Translations under genes and position numbers: made by a program
NCBI GenBank assembly: GCA_017403155.1
Contig: JAFQOP010000003.1
Location: 2,504 to 66,503 of the forward strand
Source of the DNA: Clostridia bacterium
Lineage (GTDB): Bacteria; Bacillota; Clostridia; Oscillospirales; CAG-272
DNA: 64,000 nt
Direction of reading: 5' to 3'
Notes under the pieces: generated by a model
The model's database searches: none
What the model saw: the letters and a program-made list of their open reading frames with translations, nothing else
Told to the model about the DNA's origin: nothing
Part shown: piece by piece, positions 34,274-44,128 of the stretch
Layout: every line of letters starts with the position of its first letter
How positions within the stretch are numbered: position 1 is the first letter of the stretch

Positions 34274-35432
34274 TATAAATGAAAAGAACGAAGCCCTCGA
34301 AGCCTCTCCCGATGTAGAGATGAAGCAGACGGCACAGACCCCCGATACCGCCGCTCCCTCCGAGGCGACTCCCACCTGGGACGACGAGGCGGAGCGCCGC
34401 CGCTATGAGGAGGCAAAGGCAGCGAGAATCAAGGCGGACAAAAAGAAGCCCTTCGATCCCGACGCCCTGCTCGAGGTGCGCCATCTGCGCAAGGCATTCC
34501 CCCTCAAGAAGACCATAACGGGCAAGGTGCTCTCCGAGCTCGTTGCCGTGGACGACATCTCCTTCACACTGAAGGCGGGTGAGACGCTCGGCATCGTCGG
34601 TGAGTCGGGCTGTGGCAAGACCACGATGGGCAGAACTATACTGAAGCTCCACCCCTCAAACGGCGGACAGATTATCTTCGACGGCAAGGACATCACGAAT
34701 GCCACCTCTTCCGAGATGCGCGAGATTCGCAAGCAGATGCAGATAATCTTCCAGGACCCCTATTCCTCTCTCCCTCCCCGTAGCACGGTCGGCGGAATTC
34801 TCTCCGAGCCCGTAGAGGTGCATAAGATTGTGCCCAAGGCCGAGATAAAGGACTACGTGCTTGACCTTATGGACAAGTGCGGACTCCGTGACTACTACTA
34901 TGAGAGATATCCCCACGAATTCTCCGGAGGACAGAGACAGCGTATTTGCATAGCGCGCGCCCTCTCCGTAAACCCCAAGCTCGTCGTTTGCGACGAGCCC
35001 GTATCCGCTCTCGACGTTTCTATCCAGGCGCAGATAATCAATCTGCTCAAGGAGCTGCAGCAGTCGATGAACCTCACCTACCTCTTCATCTCCCACGACC
35101 TCTCCGTCGTAAAGTTCATCTCTGACAAAATAGGAGTTATGTACCTCGGTACAATGGTAGAGTACGGTGCCAAGTCGGATATATTCTCCAACCCCCTCCA
35201 CCCCTATACCAAGGCTCTTTTCTCAGCGATTCCTCATCCGAATCCCGATATCAAGATGAACCGTATAGTTCTGAAGGGAGATATCCCCTCTCCCGCAAAT
35301 CCTCCGCGCGGATGCCGCTTCCACACCCGTTGCCCCTATGCCACGGAAATATGCAAGCACGTCACCCCCGAGTATAAGGAATATGAAGAGGGGCACTTTG
35401 CCGCATGTCACCTCCTCGAGGGAGATAAGTGA
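34266..35432 (+). CDS. ABC transporter ATP-binding protein (OppF type) with an acidic N-terminal extension of about 70 aa
   Basis: ATG at 34266 overlaps the upstream stop (ATGGCTGA). Walker A GESGCGKT, FSGGQRQR, VVCDEPVSALD. Confidence 0.9.
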   Translation: MADINEKNEALEASPDVEMKQTAQTPDTAAPSEATPTWDDEAERRRYEEAKAARIKADKKKPFDPDALLEVRHLRKAFPLKKTITGKVLSELVAVDDISFTLKAGETLGIVGESGCGKTTMGRTILKLHPSNGGQIIFDGKDITNATSSEMREIRKQMQIIFQDPYSSLPPRSTVGGILSEPVEVHKIVPKAEIKDYVLDLMDKCGLRDYYYERYPHEFSGGQRQRICIARALSVNPKLVVCDEPVSALDVSIQAQIINLLKELQQSMNLTYLFISHDLSVVKFISDKIGVMYLGTMVEYGAKSDIFSNPLHPYTKALFSAIPHPNPDIKMNRIVLKGDIPSPANPPRGCRFHTRCPYATEICKHVTPEYKEYEEGHFAACHLLEGDK

Positions 35433-35701
35433 TGGCGAAGAAAAAGAAAAAGAAGGAAAAGATAACCTATATCGACGACGGCAGAACCATTGCCGATATG
35501 TCAGGGACGAGCAAGCCGAGCCCGATTCTCGGCTCTCGCTCCCGTACAAGCGAGAGGGGAAAGCGTCGCGCAGGAGCGCGCGAGCAGTGGAACACATATA
35601 AGACCGCTGCAAAGCAGATGTTTCTCCCTATGCTCGTCGTTATGGGTATCATCACGGTCGCCTTTGGCGTTATGTATCTTTTGCTGAAATACGGAGTATA
35701 G
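35429..35701 (+). CDS. small membrane protein with poly-Lys N-terminus
   Basis: MMAKKKKKKEK... with a basic middle and one C-terminal TM helix (MFLPMLVVMGIITVAFGVMYLLL). Start overlaps the oppF stop. Confidence 0.55.
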   Translation: MMAKKKKKKEKITYIDDGRTIADMSGTSKPSPILGSRSRTSERGKRRAGAREQWNTYKTAAKQMFLPMLVVMGIITVAFGVMYLLLKYGV

Positions 35702-35704
35702 ATT

Positions 35705-36208
35705 ATGAAGAAGCTCACAATTGTAATAAACGGCGCAGGCGGAGTAGGAAAGGACACCCTCTGCTCTCTTGCCGCAAAGCACTTTAAGGTAATGAATATC
35801 TCCTCCATAACGCCGATAAAGGAGATAGCAGCGCAGTGCGGCTGGAACGGTGCCAAGGATGACCGCGCGCGCAAGTTTCTCTCCGACCTGAAGCGGCTCA
35901 CCGTGGAGTACAACGATTACCCGACCACCTGGGCTCTGGAGCGCTACAACTCCTTCCTTATGTCCGACTGTGAGATAATGTTCGTCCACATAAGGGAGGC
36001 GGATGAGATTCGCAAGTTCGTCCGTGCCACCAAGGGCAACGCAAAAACGCTCCTTGTCCGCGCAGGCGCGAGAATGACCAAGGAGATTTACGGCAACGTC
36101 TCCGACGACGAGGTCGAAAACTATGACTACGACTACTATTTCACAAACGATAAGACCCTTGATATAGCAGAGACGGAGTTCGTAGGACTCCTTGAGCAAA
36201 TGAGATAA
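35705..36208 (+). CDS. P-loop NTPase of unknown function (dNMP-kinase-like size)
   Basis: Walker A INGAGGVGKDT near the N-terminus, 167 aa. Last gene before the terminator. Confidence 0.6.
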   Translation: MKKLTIVINGAGGVGKDTLCSLAAKHFKVMNISSITPIKEIAAQCGWNGAKDDRARKFLSDLKRLTVEYNDYPTTWALERYNSFLMSDCEIMFVHIREADEIRKFVRATKGNAKTLLVRAGARMTKEIYGNVSDDEVENYDYDYYFTNDKTLDIAETEFVGLLEQMR

Positions 36209-36213
36209 AATAA

Positions 36214-36255
36214 AAGCACCCGTGTGAAATTATCACACGGGTGCACCTTTTTTTG
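36214..36255. terminator. bidirectional rho-independent terminator
   Basis: gcacccgtgtga (36216-36227) pairs with cacacgggtgc (36234-36245), flanked by A- and T-runs. Confidence 0.8.
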
Positions 36256-36281
36256 TTGTTAATAATTATTGTCAAAAAGCG

Positions 36282-37742
36282 TCACAGAAGTATGCAGACG
36301 AGTCCGTTTGCCCCCTCGTTTACAATCCTCTCGAGAGTCACCGCCAGCTTCTCGCGTGACTCGTCGGGGATGTTCATCAGCTTTGCGTGCAGTCCGTCCT
36401 TAACAAGGTCGTAGAGCGACTTGCCGAACATATTGGATTCCCACACCCTCTCGGGTGCCTCCTCAAGCTCGCCGAGCAGGTATTTCACTACCTCCTCGCT
36501 CTGCTCCTCCGTGCCGACAACGGGGCACAGCTCGGTTTTTATTCCCGTCCTTATCATATGTATGCTGTCTGCGTGCGCGCATACCTTAACACCCCAGCCG
36601 CCCGATTGCTTCGTGAGTGTCGGCTCGTCGAGCTGAAGCTCCTCGGGCGAGGGCATGACGATGCCATATCCCTTCTCCGTAGCATCGCGCAGTGCGCTCT
36701 CGATGCGGCTGTACTCGCGCTCGGTTGCCGAAAGGCGTATGACAGAGCGCATAAGCGCGCATTCGTCGTGTATATCAAGCCCCGAAAGGTCGGACAGGGC
36801 ACCGAGATATTCCTCCCTCGACAGCGGGATTTTCAAATCCCCGACACCGTCACATGCCGACAGGCATTCGGTGCTTATACCCTCATACTCTCCTACAACC
36901 CTCTCCACGTCTCCTAGGGTTTTGACACGTGAGCACAGAGATTCTATCTTGTCGAGTATCGTAGAGTATATCGGGTGTCCCTCGGGCAGAAGAGAGGTCC
37001 ACTCGGGCAGATGGAAGGAAAGTGCCGTCACGGGAAATTCCCGAAGCACAAGCCCCAGAATCCCCTTTATATCCTCCGCGCACAGGAGAGTGCAGTTGAC
37101 AAGCGCGACGGGAGCCGAGTATTTTTCCTCCAGACTCATCGCCAGCTCTCTTGCCCTCTCACTCTCGGGCTCGGCTGAGTTGAGCACGATGACAAACGGC
37201 TTGCCGAGCTCATGCAGCTCCCGTGCCACTCTTTCCTCCGCCGCGATAAAGGAATCGCGCGGTATCTCTCCGAAGCTGCCGTCCGACGTAACGAGCACAC
37301 CTATCGTCGAGTGCTCGCTTATAACCCTCTCGGTGCCCAGCTCCGCCGCCTCGGCAAAGGGCATCGCCTCCTCGCTCCACGGTGTGTGCACCATTCTTGT
37401 GACCTCGCCCTCCTCTGTGCCGAGAGCCCCGTCGACAAGGTAGCCGACGCAGTCTATCATCTTGATATTAAGAGATGTGCCGTCCTCCATCCTGACTCTT
37501 ACCGACTCGTCGGGCACAAACTTCGGCTCCGTCGTCATAACGGTACGACCCGAGGCGCTCTGCGGTGTGGTGTCCAGTGCGCGTGCTCTGTCGTATTCAT
37601 TCTCGATATTCGGTATCACAAGCCCGTCGAGCATCCTGCTGATAAAGGTAGATTTTCCCGTTCTGACGGGTCCGACAACACCGATATAAATATCTCCGCC
37701 CGTCCTTTTTGCTATGTCCTGGTATATAGAGTTGTTCTGCAT
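36282..37742 (-). CDS. spoIVA: stage IV sporulation protein A
   Basis: MQNNSIYQDIAKRTGGDIYIGVVGPVRTGKSTFI (Walker A), 486 aa. Start chosen at 37742 after ggaaggag rather than the track start at 37772. Confidence 0.93.
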   Translation of the reverse strand: MQNNSIYQDIAKRTGGDIYIGVVGPVRTGKSTFISRMLDGLVIPNIENEYDRARALDTTPQSASGRTVMTTEPKFVPDESVRVRMEDGTSLNIKMIDCVGYLVDGALGTEEGEVTRMVHTPWSEEAMPFAEAAELGTERVISEHSTIGVLVTSDGSFGEIPRDSFIAAEERVARELHELGKPFVIVLNSAEPESERARELAMSLEEKYSAPVALVNCTLLCAEDIKGILGLVLREFPVTALSFHLPEWTSLLPEGHPIYSTILDKIESLCSRVKTLGDVERVVGEYEGISTECLSACDGVGDLKIPLSREEYLGALSDLSGLDIHDECALMRSVIRLSATEREYSRIESALRDATEKGYGIVMPSPEELQLDEPTLTKQSGGWGVKVCAHADSIHMIRTGIKTELCPVVGTEEQSEEVVKYLLGELEEAPERVWESNMFGKSLYDLVKDGLHAKLMNIPDESREKLAVTLERIVNEGANGLVCILL

Positions 37743-37869
37743 AAATAGCTCCTTCCGCCAATTCCTTTTCACATCAATCTATGCACCCACATCTGCGAAT
37801 ATTCATTCGACCGCATAAATACGGCGGCAGGGGTGCATAATACCCATATAATACCAAAAGGAGTGTAAA

Positions 37870-38268
37870 ATGGACAGAAAGAGCAAATTCTTTATCTGTA
37901 ATAGGTGTAACAATCTTAATCTCTCCCTCACCTTCTCCGGAGAGATTCCCACCTGCTGCGGCAGAGAAATGGAGAATATCGCGCCCCACACGGAGGGGGA
38001 GGGTACAGAGAAGCATCTGCCGAGGGTCAGGGTGTCGGGTAGCCTCGTCACAGTATCCGTCGCAGACACACCCCACCCGATGACAGAGGAGCATAACATC
38101 GGCTGGATATATCTTGTCACCCGTGAGGGCGACGCGCGCAAGCACCTTATCGCAGAGGACTCCCCCGAGCGCACCTTCGCCCTCACCGAGGGCGATATCC
38201 CCGTTGCCGCCTACGCCTATTGCAACCGCCACGGACTCTGGAAAACGCAGATAAATAAGGGTAAATAA
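37870..38268 (+). CDS. dfx: desulfoferrodoxin (2Fe superoxide reductase)
   Basis: N-terminal desulforedoxin-type CNRC...CCG. SOR-centre motifs HPMTEEHNIGWIY and CNRHGLW. Confidence 0.92.
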   Translation: MDRKSKFFICNRCNNLNLSLTFSGEIPTCCGREMENIAPHTEGEGTEKHLPRVRVSGSLVTVSVADTPHPMTEEHNIGWIYLVTREGDARKHLIAEDSPERTFALTEGDIPVAAYAYCNRHGLWKTQINKGK

Positions 38269-38270
38269 CG

Positions 38271-38300
38271 AAAAAGGACGAGAAATTCTCGTCCTTTTTT
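38271..38300. terminator. bidirectional rho-independent terminator (exact copy of 16709-16738)
   Basis: aaaaaggacgagaaattctcgtcctttttt. Confidence 0.8.
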
Positions 38301-38415
38301 ATCTCCTACTCTCAGAATTTCAACCTTAGAAAAAACGCTCACAAATATCAAAAGAGACACTACGTAAAAACGTAATGCCTCTTTTTCGTTCGGTTATACT
38401 TAAATACGAAGCCTC

Positions 38416-39183
38416 TTATTTCTTCAGCTTTATCTTTTTGGGTATTATCACACTCGCAGGACGGGTGATATGCTTGATGCCGTCCTTCTTTGTTTCCACA
38501 ATGAGGGCGGAGGTCGCCGTGTCAACGCTCAGCACCTTGCAGCTGCGGCGCTTGCCGTCCTCGATGAGCTTCACCTTCGTGCCCGATAGGATAAAGCGCT
38601 TGTGATAGGATGCCATGAAGCTCGTCGACGTCTTCATATTCGCATAGAAGGGGAAAAACTTGTTCAGCACGTTCTTTGCGATAATGGTGGCGATAGAGTT
38701 GTTGTTGCTCTCAAACACCTTCTTTATCATATCGGTGAGCCTCGGAGGAAAGTCCTCGCGCGGTAGCCTGACGGCAAAGTTGACTATTATGTATTCATAC
38801 GTCGCGTAGTTGTCGAGCTTGCCCTCGATTGTGACTCCGCCTATATGCTTGCCCTCGCAGTAAACGCCTCCGACCCAGCCTATGCCGAGCCTTTTTGTCG
38901 TGTGCTCCTCGAGTGCCTTGACCAGCGCCACAGTGGCAAGGGCGGTGAGCAGACCTGCCTGAGAGGGGAAAAGGGAGGGGCGCAGCAGCAGTGACATGTA
39001 CATTCCCTTTGTGTCTCCGCCGTAGGAGAAGTCCTGCTCCGCTATTACCGCAAATCTGTCCGAGTAGCTCGGGTCGGCGGCATAGTCGCGCATCAGTGAG
39101 GCGCAGGATTCGATCCTGTCGTGACACTCGAGCTTGACAATGCTGTTGTCCTGCGCGCGCATGCTTATTATACTGTGTGCCAC
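38416..39183 (-). CDS. biotin-protein-ligase-fold (BPL/LPL family) protein lacking canonical catalytic motifs
   Basis: GTG start after ggaggagg. Aligns by eye to the BirA catalytic core (VIAEQ..., LGIGWVGGVYCEGKHIGGVTIE) and the C-terminal SH3-like tail. However, GRGRRGR is replaced by SYGGDTKG and KWPND by GWVGG. No HTH domain. Confidence 0.55.
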   Translation of the reverse strand: MAHSIISMRAQDNSIVKLECHDRIESCASLMRDYAADPSYSDRFAVIAEQDFSYGGDTKGMYMSLLLRPSLFPSQAGLLTALATVALVKALEEHTTKRLGIGWVGGVYCEGKHIGGVTIEGKLDNYATYEYIIVNFAVRLPREDFPPRLTDMIKKVFESNNNSIATIIAKNVLNKFFPFYANMKTSTSFMASYHKRFILSGTKVKLIEDGKRRSCKVLSVDTATSALIVETKKDGIKHITRPASVIIPKKIKLKK

Positions 39184-39392
39184 GGTCCTCTACCTCCTCC
39201 GTCAGAAAACGTGTGTCCTATCCCCTCCTCGGGGATATAAATATCATAACCAAATTATACAATACCGGCTCGATTTTGTCAAGCAAAAGCCTCAAAATAT
39301 ATATAATATATAGTATAGTGCATAACTTATCGCAGAAAATATGTATAATATGCAACAACTTTGAATTTAAAAGGATAATTTTGAAAAATCCC

Positions 39393-39421
39393 TTGAAATA
39401 AATTTCAAAATGTACTATAAT
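39393..39421 (+). promoter_or_regulatory. sigma-A type promoter
   Basis: TTGAAA 39393-39398, 17-nt spacer, TATAAT 39416-39421. Confidence 0.65.
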
Positions 39422-39494
39422 AAAGGGGAATTTTGGTATAAATGAATAGCATTTTGAAATTTTTGATTTCAAAAAATGCAAAAAAGGAATCGAA

Positions 39495-40766
39495 ATGAAG
39501 GATTACAGATCACTTAGTGCCAAGGAGAGAGAGCATCTTCTTGCACAGCTCCTTGGCGAATACGAAAAGTACAAGGCAATGGGACTCTCGCTCGACCTCT
39601 CGCGCGGAAAGCCGAACGCTGAGCAGCTGGACATCAGCCAGGCTATGCTTGCGGTGGATATGTCGCGTGAGGCGTGCTTTGACGATACGGGCTTCGACTG
39701 CCGCAACTACGGTATGCTCGACGGTGTGCCCGAGATGAAGCGCTTCTTTGCCTATCTCTACGGACTTAAAAAGGAATATATATTTATCGGAGGAAATTCC
39801 TCCCTCCAGCTTATGTACGACACCCTTGCGCGCGCAATGCTCTTCGGTGTGCTCGGCTCACCCCGTCCCTGGTGCCGTGAGGAGGGACGCAAGTGGATAT
39901 GCGTGGCTCCGGGCTACGACCGCCACTTTGCCATTACCGAGGCATTCGGCTTTGAGCTCCTCACAGTAAGGATGACTCCAACGGGTCCCGATATGGACGA
40001 GGTAGAGAAGCTCGTCGCTGACCCGAAGGTAAAGGGAATCTGGTGTGTGCCCAAGTATTCCAACCCCACGGGCAACACCTATTCGGACGAGACGGTGCGC
40101 CGCCTTGCCAAGATGAAGTGTGCCGCCCCCGACTTCCGCATTATGTGGGACAACGCCTATGCCGTCCACGATATCAACGACCACGGTGACACCCTCGCGG
40201 ATATCTTCGCAGAGGCGAGAGCCTTCGGCACAGAGGACAGAATATTCTACTTCTCCTCCACCTCCAAGATAACCTTCCCGGGTGGCGGTGTATCCCTCCT
40301 TGCCGCAACGCCTGCCAACCTAGCACAGATGAAGCCCCTTATCGGTGTGCAGACGATAGGCTACGACAAGCTCAACCAGCTTCGACATCTCCGCTACTTT
40401 GCCAACCCCGACGCTGTTCGCGAGCATATGACGAGGATGGGAGACTATATCAGAAACAAGTTCAGCATCACCCTTGCCGCGCTCAGCGAGCTTGACGGAC
40501 TCGGCATTGCCGAGTGGACGAAGCCCAACGGTGGCTATTTCATATCCCTCGACGTCCTTCCGGGCACGGCAAAGCGTGTATTTGAGCTTATGCGCGAGGT
40601 CGGTGTAACCCTCACGGGTGTCGGCGCCACCTTCCCATACGGTGTAGACCCCGATGACAGCAATCTGCGCATAGCACCCACCTATCCCACAGACTCCGAC
40701 CTTGCCCTCGCGTGCAAGATTCTTGTTCTCGCGGTGAAGATTGCCGCCCTCGAAAAGATGAAATAA
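39495..40766 (+). CDS. class I/II PLP-dependent aminotransferase
   Basis: 423 aa. LSRGKP, KYSNPTG and SSTSKITFPGGG (PLP-lysine region) motifs. Confidence 0.8.
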   Translation: MKDYRSLSAKEREHLLAQLLGEYEKYKAMGLSLDLSRGKPNAEQLDISQAMLAVDMSREACFDDTGFDCRNYGMLDGVPEMKRFFAYLYGLKKEYIFIGGNSSLQLMYDTLARAMLFGVLGSPRPWCREEGRKWICVAPGYDRHFAITEAFGFELLTVRMTPTGPDMDEVEKLVADPKVKGIWCVPKYSNPTGNTYSDETVRRLAKMKCAAPDFRIMWDNAYAVHDINDHGDTLADIFAEARAFGTEDRIFYFSSTSKITFPGGGVSLLAATPANLAQMKPLIGVQTIGYDKLNQLRHLRYFANPDAVREHMTRMGDYIRNKFSITLAALSELDGLGIAEWTKPNGGYFISLDVLPGTAKRVFELMREVGVTLTGVGATFPYGVDPDDSNLRIAPTYPTDSDLALACKILVLAVKIAALEKMK

Positions 40767-40798
40767 AACGAGCGCTCATCCGAGCGCTCGTTTTATTA

Positions 40799-41737
40799 TT
40801 ACTGTGCATCTCTGAAGCCCTTGCCCATTATCTCGCTTGTCTTTGTGATAATGATAAATGCACCGGGGTCAATCTCCTTGACCTTGCGGCGCAGGCGAAG
40901 TGCCTCCGTACGGCGGCATACGGTAACGATGACCTTCTTCTCCTGATGGGAGAAGGCACCCTCTGCGTTGTAGACGGTGGCGCCGCGCTTCATATTGTTC
41001 ATAATGAAGTCGTCTATCTCCTCTGCCTTCGTCGTTATTATGGTAAACGCCTTGCACATATTCATAGAGTCGAGAATATCGTCCACCACAAATACCTTTG
41101 CAAACAGACCGAGAAGGGAGTACAGACCCGTTTCGAGATTATATATAAATATACTCGATGCAGCTATTATAATATCGGTGCAGAGCAGGGCAGTACCTAC
41201 GTTGATGCTGGTGTACTTCTTGATAATGAGTGCAACGATGTCGGTGCCGCCCGACGATGCGTTGCAGCGGAAGATGACAGCCGAGCCGATGCCGGTCAGC
41301 ATAACGGCAAATATAAGGTCGAGCAGCGGTGAGGAGGTAAGCGTGTATCCGATAACCTCTCCGCTTTCGCTGAGCTTTGCAACAGCCCCGGGAATATTGC
41401 TTATCGGCAGAAACGTCTCGAGCAGAAAATTCTCTATCGAGTACATAAGAGAGCAGAATATAGTCAGAAGACCGCATTGCCTGCCGAGCACGGCAACTCC
41501 CAGCACAAGCAGGACGGAGTTGAATATAAGAACGTAGGTTGACTGATTTATTCCGAGGAAGGACAGTGCCCTCGTCAAAATAATTGCCAGACCCGTAACG
41601 CCGCCGGTAGCAAAGCCGTTTGGTGCCTTGAAGAAGTATATACCCAGGGTGAGCATAAGTATACCGAGGTTCAAAATTAGGATATAGGTAAGCCTTCTTG
41701 CCCACTGGGTCTTACCAAAGCCTGAGAAGCTGCTCAT
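40799..41737 (-). CDS. YitT-family membrane protein (with DUF2179 C-terminal domain)
   Basis: FKAPNGFATGGVTGLAIIL and ASSGGTDIVALIIKK motifs. C-terminal soluble domain. RBS ggagg. Confidence 0.85.
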   Translation of the reverse strand: MSSFSGFGKTQWARRLTYILILNLGILMLTLGIYFFKAPNGFATGGVTGLAIILTRALSFLGINQSTYVLIFNSVLLVLGVAVLGRQCGLLTIFCSLMYSIENFLLETFLPISNIPGAVAKLSESGEVIGYTLTSSPLLDLIFAVMLTGIGSAVIFRCNASSGGTDIVALIIKKYTSINVGTALLCTDIIIAASSIFIYNLETGLYSLLGLFAKVFVVDDILDSMNMCKAFTIITTKAEEIDDFIMNNMKRGATVYNAEGAFSHQEKKVIVTVCRRTEALRLRRKVKEIDPGAFIIITKTSEIMGKGFRDAQ

Positions 41738-41917
41738 TATAGCGTCCTCCGAAAGAAAATGTATACAATCAATATTATAGAATTTTTTCAGTGAATGTCA
41801 ATACACAAAATTAATTCATTTTTGCCGTTTTTTACGCTGTGTCTCACCCGTTTTTGAATAATTTCAATCTTCTTTATTCAATTTGGAGAAAACTCCTTCC
41901 CAAAGGTGCGAATTTGA

Positions 41918-43989
<2,072 letters not shown>

Positions 43990-44002
43990 ACAAAACATTA
44001 CA

Positions 44003-44033
44003 AAGCGCCACCTATTTCGGTGGCGCTTTTCTC
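44003..44033 (+). terminator. rho-independent terminator
   Basis: agcgccacc pairs with ggtggcgct, followed by a T-run. Confidence 0.8.
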
Positions 44034-44071
44034 GCATACGCGCATAATAAATTAATATTATGTTCATATTA

Positions 44072-44100
44072 TTGACTTTTACATCTGTGTGTGATATAAT
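44072..44100 (+). promoter_or_regulatory. sigma-A type promoter of the teichoic-acid-like cluster
   Basis: TTGACT 44072-44077, 17-nt spacer, TATAAT 44095-44100. The track start at 44060 lies upstream of it, so the start is moved to 44129. Confidence 0.7.
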
Positions 44101-44128
44101 CAATACGATACTTGATTTGGAGGATGTT

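Noticed and set aside
36387-37748. Several plus-strand ORFs (176, 262 and 178 aa)
   Set aside because: All are antisense to spoIVA, a highly conserved full-length gene.
40712-41537. Plus-strand ORFs of 206 and 186 aa
   Set aside because: Antisense to the YitT-family gene. No motifs or RBS.
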